From positions 1-32,798 of the forward strand of contig JANXGZ010000269.1 of assembly GCA_024958995.1 (NCBI GenBank): 32,798 nucleotides of DNA, read 5' to 3'. Positions within the stretch are counted from its first letter, which is position 1; each line of letters opens with the position of its first letter. The notes beneath the pieces were generated by a model, which worked only from the letters and a program-made list of their open reading frames with translations, searched no databases and had not been told where the DNA came from. The position numbers were made by a program, and so were the translations under genes. This document shows positions 21,349 through 30,412 of the stretch, piece after piece. This DNA comes from Methylococcales bacterium. GTDB lineage: Bacteria > Pseudomonadota > Gammaproteobacteria > Methylococcales > UBA1147.

Positions 21349-22233
21349 ATGCTTCGCTACTGGCACGAATTCCTGTTTCAAAAAATCGATGTTCGGCAAT
21401 ATGCATTGCTCCGCATCGGACTCGGCAGTCTCATCGTTCTGTACCTCATCAACCTGATGCCACTGTTTGCGTCGCAGTTCGGACCGGAAGGATGGCTGGA
21501 CGCAAAAACAGATCTGGACCTTTACCATGCCGGCTCATGGTCCATCCTGTTCCTGATCGAATCGACCATACAGGCCCAAATGTTCTTCTGGCTTGTATTG
21601 GTCAGCGCATTGGCCTTCACCGCCGGCTTCCTGACCCGCACCACCGGGTTCATCACGCTGGTCGGACTGATCTCCCTGTGGAACCGAAATCCGCTGATCA
21701 TGGACGGTGACGACGCTTTACTCAGGATCACGCTGTTCTACCTGTTGCTGTCGCCGAGCGGCAACGCGCTTTCCATCGATGTCCGACTCCGACAGCGAAA
21801 ACGAAGTGCCGAAATCTGGCCGCTTCGAATGATACGGGCCCAGCTGATCCTAGTTTATTTCATCTCCGGGTGGGTAAAATTCCACAGCCCAGAGTGGCTG
21901 GACGGCACGGTATTGCAATACGTTCTGATCCACCCGGAATACTCACGCTGGAACATGAGCGGCCTGATGGAATATCCTTTTTTCCTGGATCTGCTGGGCG
22001 GCCTGTCGTTTCTGGTAATGTGGTGGGAACTGCTGTTCCCGATCCTTGTCCTGTGGCGGTTCAGCCGCAGTACCGCGATCATAGCCGGCGTCGCCTTCCA
22101 TACCGCCCTCCTTCTGCTCATGCACCTACGCCTGTTTTCCGTGATCATGCTGGTCCTTTACATCGCTTGGATTCCCCAGCCTCTGCCCGCTTGGATAGCA
22201 AAAACAAGCAAGCGGATAAAGCCGCCAGTTTGA
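21349..22233 (+). CDS. HTTM-domain (vitamin K-dependent gamma-carboxylase-like, SdpB-type) polytopic membrane protein
   Basis: The N-terminal WHEFLFQKIDVRQYALLRIGLGSLIV is followed by about 8 hydrophobic segments, with HSPEWLDGTVL in a loop. Size and architecture are typical of bacterial HTTM proteins. Confidence 0.75.
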   Translation: MLRYWHEFLFQKIDVRQYALLRIGLGSLIVLYLINLMPLFASQFGPEGWLDAKTDLDLYHAGSWSILFLIESTIQAQMFFWLVLVSALAFTAGFLTRTTGFITLVGLISLWNRNPLIMDGDDALLRITLFYLLLSPSGNALSIDVRLRQRKRSAEIWPLRMIRAQLILVYFISGWVKFHSPEWLDGTVLQYVLIHPEYSRWNMSGLMEYPFFLDLLGGLSFLVMWWELLFPILVLWRFSRSTAIIAGVAFHTALLLLMHLRLFSVIMLVLYIAWIPQPLPAWIAKTSKRIKPPV

Positions 22234-22340
22234 TGTAAATAGTCGCTTGGATTAGGATTGATAACTGACCTTTCTACGCCTTCATGGATTCGTTCCTGAA
22301 CCGCCGAATGTCCATCCTCCTGCAATTAGATTGGGACCCC

Positions 22341-23063
22341 ATGTTCTCTCTCGATCACACTTTACGATTCCTGTTCCTGGCAATGCTCCTGGTCCAGCTA
22401 AGCGCCTGTGCACCGGACAACGATGCTGATTGTTCAAGGGTCAACATTGATCAACTGGAAAGCGCAGCCCGGGCCGGACTTCCCGAAGCCCAGAACGAAC
22501 TAGGACGATACCATGAGATCGGAGAATGCGTTGCCAGCGACTTTGAGGAAGCCGCCGCCTGGTACCAGCTTGCCGCGGAGCAAGGCCATGTCAATGCCCA
22601 AAAGGTCCTCGGTTTCATGTACGCCGGCGGCATGGGTGTTCAGCAGGACAATGCGATATCCCTACAGTGGTTCATGCGTGCCGCCGAGGCTGGTCATCCC
22701 GAAGCGCAACTGGGTCTTGCCACCGCCTATTTCCGCGGCATCGGCATTGTCCGGGACCGCGAAACCGCCGCCAGGTGGTTCAGGAAATCCGCAGAGCAGA
22801 ACTTCGCCCGCTCCCAATACAACCTCGGCAACCTCTATCAAAACGGCGCAGGCGTACCACGCGACCTGGTCGAGGCCTACAAGTGGTATGGTCTCAGCGC
22901 CCGTAACGGTTATTCGAAAGCAGAAAAGAGCCTGGCCCAGCTAAACGACAAACTGCCGCCAGAACTCATCAACCAGGCACGGCAACTGATCGAAGACTGG
23001 AGGCCGGAAAACCCCGAGTCAGACTGGGAATACAAACCACAACACGAACCGACGTCCCCGTGA
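22341..23063 (+). CDS. Sel1-repeat (SLR/TPR-like) lipoprotein
   Basis: Starting at the ATG at 22341 gives a 23-aa signal peptide with lipobox LSAC. Four to five Sel1 repeats follow (AQNELGRYHEIG, AQKVLGFMYAGGMGV, AQLGLATAYFRGIGI, SQYNLGNLYQNGAGV). The upstream ATGs at 22284 and 22308 are alternative starts. Confidence 0.8.
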   Translation: MFSLDHTLRFLFLAMLLVQLSACAPDNDADCSRVNIDQLESAARAGLPEAQNELGRYHEIGECVASDFEEAAAWYQLAAEQGHVNAQKVLGFMYAGGMGVQQDNAISLQWFMRAAEAGHPEAQLGLATAYFRGIGIVRDRETAARWFRKSAEQNFARSQYNLGNLYQNGAGVPRDLVEAYKWYGLSARNGYSKAEKSLAQLNDKLPPELINQARQLIEDWRPENPESDWEYKPQHEPTSP

Positions 23064-23222
23064 ATCAGACGGTTCATCTTCAGCGGCAATTCGCGTCCGA
23101 AACTCCTGTAACGGCTTGGCGCTAACCTACCACGACGGGGATACAACAATGGGGATCCGAACTTTTTGCCGGAATCTTCCAGAAACCAAAGATGGCTGTA
23201 ACTTCATGCAGCGAGCACGAAA

Positions 23223-24182
23223 ATGTTGATACGGACAAAGAAACGAACCCCCGAATCGGAAATAACCGACCCGGTATTGTTCAGGAAGAGGCGCCAGCTC
23301 ATCAAGGCTTCCGCCGCCGCGGTGGTTGCATCGATTAATCTGCCTGTGATCCCTTCAGCGCAGGCAGCTTCGCGGGTCAAAGTCGCCGAGTTCACCAAGC
23401 AAAGCCCCTACTCGCTGCAACAAAGTCTGACCGATTATGAAGACGTAACCCGGTACAACAATTTCTACGAGTTCGGCACCGGTAAAGAAGACCCTGCGCG
23501 CAATGCCCAGAACTTCAAAACCCGGCCGTGGACAATCAGCATCGAAGGAGAAGTGGAAAAACCCGCAGTGGTCGGAATCGAAGACCTGATCAGTGGGCAA
23601 GCCTTGGAAGAGCGCGTTTACCGACTGCGGTGCGTTGAAGCCTGGTCGATGGTCGTTCCATGGATCGGTTTCCCACTGGCTTCACTGCTCAGCCGTGCAG
23701 CGCCGACATCCAGGGCCAAGTACATACAGTTCACCACCCTGTATGACCCCGACCAGATGCCAGGACAACGCATTCCCACTCTACAATGGCCGTATGTCGA
23801 AGGCTTGCGGATTGACGAAGCCATGCACCCGCTGACCATTCTTGCGCTGGGGCTGTATGGCGAACTGCTCCCGAACCAGAACGGCGCGCCACTGCGCCTA
23901 GTGGTCCCGTGGAAATACGGATTCAAAAGCATCAAGTCGATTGTGAAGATCCGACTGACGGAACAAATGCCGCCCACATCATGGAACCTGGCCGCCCCCA
24001 ACGAGTACGGATTTTACGCCAACGTCAATCCGGGCGTCTCACATCCACGTTGGAGCCAGAAAAGGGAGCGAGTGATCGGCGGTGGACTGTTCAACCCAAA
24101 GCGCGAAACCGAGTTGTTCAACGGCTACACGGATGAAGTCGGGCAAATGTACCGAAACATGGACCTCAGGCGATTTTTCTGA
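23223..24182 (+). CDS. msrP: Periplasmic protein-methionine-sulfoxide reductase, molybdopterin catalytic subunit
   Basis: The Tat signal is [66 protein letters not shown] and HPRWSQ are near-identical to E. coli MsrP (YedY). Confidence 0.93.
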   Translation: MLIRTKKRTPESEITDPVLFRKRRQLIKASAAAVVASINLPVIPSAQAASRVKVAEFTKQSPYSLQQSLTDYEDVTRYNNFYEFGTGKEDPARNAQNFKTRPWTISIEGEVEKPAVVGIEDLISGQALEERVYRLRCVEAWSMVVPWIGFPLASLLSRAAPTSRAKYIQFTTLYDPDQMPGQRIPTLQWPYVEGLRIDEAMHPLTILALGLYGELLPNQNGAPLRLVVPWKYGFKSIKSIVKIRLTEQMPPTSWNLAAPNEYGFYANVNPGVSHPRWSQKRERVIGGGLFNPKRETELFNGYTDEVGQMYRNMDLRRFF

Positions 24183-24184
24183 CC

Positions 24185-24829
24185 ATGAAGATACCGGCAT
24201 TGTCGGATCTGAAAAAACCGGTGGTTTTCTTGCTAGGCCTGATGCCCTTTGCACTCATGTTGGTCGATTCCCTGAATGATTCGCTGGGTCCGGAACCGAT
24301 CGAGACCCTCCAGTTCCGGACCGGTGACTGGACTCTGCGCTTCCTTCTGGCCACACTCGCCTGCACACCGCTGAAGTTACTGCTGCACTGGAACGCGCAG
24401 ATGCGCTTTCGCCGGATGCTCGGACTGTTCGCCTTTTTCTATGCCAGCGTTCATTGCCTTGTCTACCTGGCACTGGATCTTTCCTTGTCCTGGCAGCAAA
24501 TCGTGGACGAAGTGCCACAAAGTCCTCATGTCATTATCGGACTCGTTGCCTTCGTTTTGCTGGTTCCGCTAGCCCTGACATCAACCCAAAGCATGGCACG
24601 CCGACTTGGCCGTCGCTGGAAAAAACTCCATTCGCTGATTTATCTCGTGGGATGCCTCGGAATTCTGCATTTCTTCCTGCTGGTCAAGGCTGACATCAGG
24701 GAACCTCTGTTCTATGGTAGCCTGCTGGCATTCCTACTCGGCATTCGAATCGCACACAGGATCAGGCAAAGAAGATGCACAGACAGATCAATCCCCGCTT
24801 CAGGCTCGCTCCCCACAACCCGACTCTGA
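24185..24829 (+). CDS. msrQ: Protein-methionine-sulfoxide reductase heme-binding membrane subunit
   Basis: It starts 2 nt after the msrP stop. TGDWTLRFLLATLACTPL, the conserved His-containing helices (ASVHCLVYL, LGILHFFL) and LTSTQSMARRLGRRWKKLH match MsrQ (YedZ). Confidence 0.9.
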   Translation: MKIPALSDLKKPVVFLLGLMPFALMLVDSLNDSLGPEPIETLQFRTGDWTLRFLLATLACTPLKLLLHWNAQMRFRRMLGLFAFFYASVHCLVYLALDLSLSWQQIVDEVPQSPHVIIGLVAFVLLVPLALTSTQSMARRLGRRWKKLHSLIYLVGCLGILHFFLLVKADIREPLFYGSLLAFLLGIRIAHRIRQRRCTDRSIPASGSLPTTRL

Positions 24830-24997
24830 CAAGAGCCCCCTGAAACGAAAGGACCTTCCTCTCCGTTTTCTTCTGTATCGGCCGGCTCGGAACATTTTCA
24901 TAACCAGCTACGCTCTCTCAACAATGTCTGGTGATACACTGTTGCGCCAGTTCAGAAGGCCAGCAGGCATCGCTGCCTTTATCAAACGTACAGCTAA

Positions 24998-26125
<1,128 letters not shown>

Positions 26126-26163
26126 TTACTGGTTTACCTCAATTGTTTAATACGGAGAGATCC

Positions 26164-26511
26164 ATGGGATTTTTTATATCTGACGCCTACGCTGCCGCGC
26201 CCGCCCAGGACCCAGGGATGGCTGGCATAATTTTTCCTCTCGCAATAATTTTTGTATTTTACATGCTGTTCGTCCGCCCCCAGCAAAAAAAGGCCAAGGA
26301 ACACAAGAACCTGGTTTCCGCACTGAACCGCGGAGCGGAAATCGTCACCAACGGCGGCATCCTGGGCAAGGTTGTCGAACTTGACGAAAATTTTGTACGA
26401 ATCGAAGTCGGCGAAAACAGTCACCTTCAGATCCAGCGCGATTCGATCACGACCCTGATGCCGCGGGGCACGTACAAGAACACGATGAAGAAAATAAAAC
26501 AGAAAACTTAG
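26164..26511 (+). CDS. yajC: Preprotein translocase accessory subunit YajC
   Basis: The ATG at 26164 has a GGAGAG RBS. FPLAIIFVFYMLFVRPQQKKAKEHKNLVSAL and GGILGKVVEL match YajC. It sits in the canonical tgt-yajC-secDF order. Confidence 0.9.
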   Translation: MGFFISDAYAAAPAQDPGMAGIIFPLAIIFVFYMLFVRPQQKKAKEHKNLVSALNRGAEIVTNGGILGKVVELDENFVRIEVGENSHLQIQRDSITTLMPRGTYKNTMKKIKQKT

Positions 26512-26523
26512 GTCTCCGAATCC

Positions 26524-28374
26524 ATGGAAAACCGCTTCCCCATCTGGAAGAATCTGCTTGTGGTCACGGTCGTCGTGATCGGAATTTTCTTCTCTCTGCC
26601 AAACCTGTACGGACAGGATCCATCGATCCAGATCTCCGCACAGCGGAAAGCTACGCTCAACGAATCCACGCTGGAGTCGGTCAAACAGTCCCTCGGCCAG
26701 GCCGAGATCACCCCGATTTCCGCAGTGCTCGAAGAAAATTCGATTCTGGTGCGCTTCAATGACACCGATGACCAGCTGAAAGCATCAGACTGGGTCAAGG
26801 AAGGCCTAGGAAGCGATTATACCGTAGCCCTGAACCTAGCGCCCTCAACACCCGACTGGATGCAGTCAATGGACGCGAACCCCATGTACCTGGGGCTTGA
26901 TCTTCGTGGAGGCGTTCATTTTCTGCTCGATGTCGACATGGAAACCGCGATTCGTCAGGCGGAAGAACGCTACACCGCGGACATCCGGTCGGCACTCAGG
27001 AACGCCAAGGTGCGTTACCTTGCCGTGCAGCGTGAAAACGGCAAGATCCGGGTGAAATTCAAGGACAGGGAAACTCTCGAAGCGGGTATCAGAGTCTTCG
27101 ACAAGGAATTGGCAAACCTCAAGATCTCGGAAAATGAAAGCAACTTTAGGCTGACTGCAACCATCAGCGAGGCAGAACAGAAGGAAATCAGAAAATTTGC
27201 TCTGGCTCAGAACATGACCACCCTGCGAAACCGCGTGAACGAGCTCGGAGTCGCCGAACCAGTTATCCAGCAACAGGGCGATCATCGCATCGTGGTGCAG
27301 CTGCCCGGAGTCCAGGACACCACCCAGGCGAAAGACATCCTGGGCGCCACCGCCACACTGGAAATGCGGATGGTGGATGTCGAGCACGATGTGCAAAATG
27401 CGATCAGGAACCATGCCCCGATCGGTACCCGGATCTATTACGAACGCGACGGCAACCCAGTATTGCTCAAACGTCGCGTTATTGTGACCGGAAACCAGAT
27501 CGTGGATGCCTCATCCGGACTCGATCAGCAGAACGGAGCCCCTTCCGTCTTCATCAGTCTGAATGGCGTCGGCGCGAAAAAGATGGGCAAGACAACCCGG
27601 GCCAATATCGGCAAACAGATGGCCGTTGTGTTTATTGAGAACAAGGTCCATACGACCACCGAGAACGGAGAAAAGATCCGCAAAAAAACCCAGGTTGAAG
27701 AAGTCATTAACGTGGCAACGATCCGGGATTCTTTCAGCAAGCGGTTCCAGATTACCGGCCTGGACAGCACACGCGAAGCGCGTAACCTGGCTCTGCTGCT
27801 CAGAGCAGGAGCCCTGGCCGCACCCGTTGAAATCGTCGAAGAGCGAACGGTCGGACCAAGCCTTGGCAAGGATAACATCGAGCGGGGATTAACATCGGTC
27901 ATCGCCGGTTTTGCAGTGGTTTTGGTTTTCATGGCTGTTTACTACAAGGTATTCGGAATCGTTGCCAACCTCGCTCTGACCATCAACCTGGTCCTGATCG
28001 TATCGGTTCTTTCCATGCTTCAGGCCACGCTAACCCTTCCAGGTATCGCTGGAATCGTATTGACGGTCGGTATGGCAGTGGATGCAAACGTGCTGATTTT
28101 CGAGCGTATCCGTGAAGAAATTCGCAATGGAAACTCACCACAGAGCAGTATATATTTCGGCTACGAAAAAGCCTTTTCAACGATCTTCGATGCCAATGTA
28201 ACCACGCTACTCGTGGCGCTCGTGCTTTTCGGGTTTGGTACCGGCCCGATCAAGGGTTTCGCGGTGACACTGTCGATCGGAATCTTGACCTCCATGTTTA
28301 CCGCCATCATGGGAACCCGCAGCTTGATAAACCTGATTTATGGCAACAAGCGAGTAAAGAAGCTCGCCATCTGA
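26524..28374 (+). CDS. secD: Protein translocase subunit SecD
   Basis: It is 616 aa, with N-terminal NRFPIWKNLLV, LGLDLRGGVHFLL, a large periplasmic domain, and the C-terminal RND-like TM bundle (GIAGIVLTVGMAVDANVLIFERIREE). Confidence 0.95.
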   Translation: MENRFPIWKNLLVVTVVVIGIFFSLPNLYGQDPSIQISAQRKATLNESTLESVKQSLGQAEITPISAVLEENSILVRFNDTDDQLKASDWVKEGLGSDYTVALNLAPSTPDWMQSMDANPMYLGLDLRGGVHFLLDVDMETAIRQAEERYTADIRSALRNAKVRYLAVQRENGKIRVKFKDRETLEAGIRVFDKELANLKISENESNFRLTATISEAEQKEIRKFALAQNMTTLRNRVNELGVAEPVIQQQGDHRIVVQLPGVQDTTQAKDILGATATLEMRMVDVEHDVQNAIRNHAPIGTRIYYERDGNPVLLKRRVIVTGNQIVDASSGLDQQNGAPSVFISLNGVGAKKMGKTTRANIGKQMAVVFIENKVHTTTENGEKIRKKTQVEEVINVATIRDSFSKRFQITGLDSTREARNLALLLRAGALAAPVEIVEERTVGPSLGKDNIERGLTSVIAGFAVVLVFMAVYYKVFGIVANLALTINLVLIVSVLSMLQATLTLPGIAGIVLTVGMAVDANVLIFERIREEIRNGNSPQSSIYFGYEKAFSTIFDANVTTLLVALVLFGFGTGPIKGFAVTLSIGILTSMFTAIMGTRSLINLIYGNKRVKKLAI

Positions 28375-28404
28375 AGGTCCAGTTGAGTTCAGGAGAAACT
28401 GAAA

Positions 28405-29337
28405 GTGGATTTATCGAAATCAAATTTTGATTTTCTAGGAAAACGCCGGATTGCGCTGATCGTTTCCAGTCTGTTGCTGGCCACTTCGATTGTCTCCCTG
28501 GCCATCAACGGGCTTCGTCTGGGAATCGATTTTACCGGCGGTACGCTACTCGAAGTCAGCTACGAACAAACGGTGGAACTTCCCGGGATCCGGAAGATAC
28601 TTGAGACCGCCAACCTCGGGGATGCATCGGTGCAACACTTTGGCACGTCCAAGGAAGTACTCATCCGGTTACCGCTCAAAGAAGGCATTAGCACCGCCGA
28701 CCTGAGCAACCAGGTCATGGATTTGCTGAATACGTTAGGCGAAGCCCAGGGTAAGCAACTTCGAGTCGAGTTCGTTGGCCCGCAGGTTGGGGACGAATTG
28801 ACCGAGGATGGCGGCCTGGCACTTCTTTACTCGATGTTCGGCATCCTGATGTATGTCACCTGGCGCTTCGAATACAAATTCGCCCTCGGCTCCGTAGCAG
28901 CCCTGGCACACGACGTCATCTTGACCCTGGGCTTCTTTTCACTGCTTGGATTCGAGTTCGATCTGACGGTGCTGGCAGCCGTTCTTGCGGTCATCGGCTA
29001 TTCTCTGAACGATACCATCGTGGTTTATGACCGCATCCGGGAAAACTTCAGAAAAATGCGCAAGGGAACGCCCGAGCAGATCATGAACACGTCCCTGAAC
29101 CAGACCCTGAGCAGAACAATCATGACCTCGCTTACTACCCTGCTGGTTCTTGTCGCACTGGCAATGCTCGGTGGGGAAATCATCCACAATTTCTCACTTG
29201 CACTGATTGTTGGCGTACTGATTGGCACCTACTCTTCAATTTACATTGCCAGCCCGATGGTCCTTGGACTGGGAGTCACGCAGGCCGACCTGATTCCGCC
29301 AGAGAAAGAAGGTGGGGATTTCGATCTGAAGCCGTAA
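28405..29337 (+). CDS. secF: Protein translocase subunit SecF
   Basis: GTG start. FDFLGKRRIA, GIDFTGGT, VGYSLNDTIVVYDRIRENF and the SecF TM bundle are present. It follows secD directly. Confidence 0.93.
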   Translation: MDLSKSNFDFLGKRRIALIVSSLLLATSIVSLAINGLRLGIDFTGGTLLEVSYEQTVELPGIRKILETANLGDASVQHFGTSKEVLIRLPLKEGISTADLSNQVMDLLNTLGEAQGKQLRVEFVGPQVGDELTEDGGLALLYSMFGILMYVTWRFEYKFALGSVAALAHDVILTLGFFSLLGFEFDLTVLAAVLAVIGYSLNDTIVVYDRIRENFRKMRKGTPEQIMNTSLNQTLSRTIMTSLTTLLVLVALAMLGGEIIHNFSLALIVGVLIGTYSSIYIASPMVLGLGVTQADLIPPEKEGGDFDLKP

Positions 29338-29485
29338 AACATGAAGGCACAAAGAGATAGCGGGGCCGTGCGTTGTTGAATGAGAGGAAGCCCGCTAGTT
29401 CCCATACCAATAGCCCGCAGACAAGAAAATCAAGTTCTGCATTGGAAGAGCCAGGTAACAAACGCCTTGGGTGTAACTGATCTAA

Positions 29486-30160
29486 TCAGGAAACGATCTC
29501 CCCTAGCACATGTCTGAAACACTGAACAAGTTGCCAAAAGCGATTGTTCGGATTCCACCGTGTCCCACAGGCTGACAGCTCAAACAGCTGTTTTCTGAGA
29601 CCAAAAGTCAGTTCCACCTGCAAACCCTTGCCCGTGATGCCCCGGTTACAAATGTTCATCGAGGCTATACCCTGTCGGGTTGGACTAGGGTCATTACCGG
29701 CATCGAAGCCCGCCAACCTGCACGATTCGGTCACGTGGGCCCTGAAATCGAGATCGAGTCCCCCAAGGTAAACCGCTTCCTCATTGCCTCTGGCTCCGTG
29801 AATGGTCATCACCCTTTCTGCCCGACTGACCAGCGCCAGAGCACCGGGCTCATCAAAACAGTTGCTGGTGATGTGCAGAGCCTTATTGGTTGAAAGGACC
29901 GACTTTATGCCCTCAAAGCAATAAAAGCTGTGTTCTTGGCCTGCCACGGCTTCAACAACCTGAGAGGTGCCGCGTTCGATTCTTCCGCCATGTGGAGCCA
30001 CAACCGCTATTCCGGTAGCCCCTTCGCGGCTGCGTATTCGGTAATCCTGGCCCTCGACTTCATTTTGCTGAAGATCAAAGAAATTACGGTATTGCTCGGT
30101 CAGCAGCATGAACTTTGGTCGGCCAAACTCCGGAATGTGAATACAATGTAAAATGGACAT
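29486..30160 (-). CDS. Poly-gamma-glutamate hydrolase-family (PghP/YjqB-type, formerly DUF867) zinc hydrolase
   Basis: VVAPHGGRIERGTS (His and Glu zinc ligands), LHITSNCFDEP, VMTIHGARG (second His) and NICNRGITGKGLQVEL follow the family pattern. The start may be the ATG at 30160 or the ATG at 30109 (MLLTEQYRNF). Confidence 0.75.
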   Translation of the reverse strand: MSILHCIHIPEFGRPKFMLLTEQYRNFFDLQQNEVEGQDYRIRSREGATGIAVVAPHGGRIERGTSQVVEAVAGQEHSFYCFEGIKSVLSTNKALHITSNCFDEPGALALVSRAERVMTIHGARGNEEAVYLGGLDLDFRAHVTESCRLAGFDAGNDPSPTRQGIASMNICNRGITGKGLQVELTFGLRKQLFELSACGTRWNPNNRFWQLVQCFRHVLGEIVS

Positions 30161-30161
30161 C

Positions 30162-30344
30162 TCAGAAACAACCGATGCCGCAGCATACCTTCCAGCCGAT
30201 CCGTTTGGTCAACAGTCCGTAAAAAACCCGTTCCAAAGACCGCGTCACCGGCCGTTCCAAACTCGAATCCGATTCAGTACGATTGAGATCAGGGTTGCGT
30301 CCAGGAAATAGGACCGAATCAAGCACTGGAACTTCTGGTTGCAC
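30162..30344 (-). CDS. Unverified 60-codon ORF (GTG start) ending KRIGWKVCCGIGCF; candidate small Cys-rich peptide
   Basis: It fills most of the 252-nt gap between the halogenase-family gene and the hydrolase-family gene on the same strand. Its TGA (30162-30164) is 1 nt from the ATG at 30160. It has no convincing SD, no ATG, and no known family, so it could be a chance ORF. Confidence 0.25.
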   Translation of the reverse strand: MQPEVPVLDSVLFPGRNPDLNRTESDSSLERPVTRSLERVFYGLLTKRIGWKVCCGIGCF

Positions 30345-30412
30345 TCAAACACCCGGGCAACCCTGTCACCAGAACACCCCGGTTGCCGCGTTACACAGAA
30401 CAAAACCGCCGC

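Noticed and set aside
23149-23226. A 24-codon upstream ORF ([26 protein letters not shown]) that ends overlapping the msrP start.
   Set aside because: It is too short, has no RBS, and I have no comparative support for it. It is easily a chance ORF.
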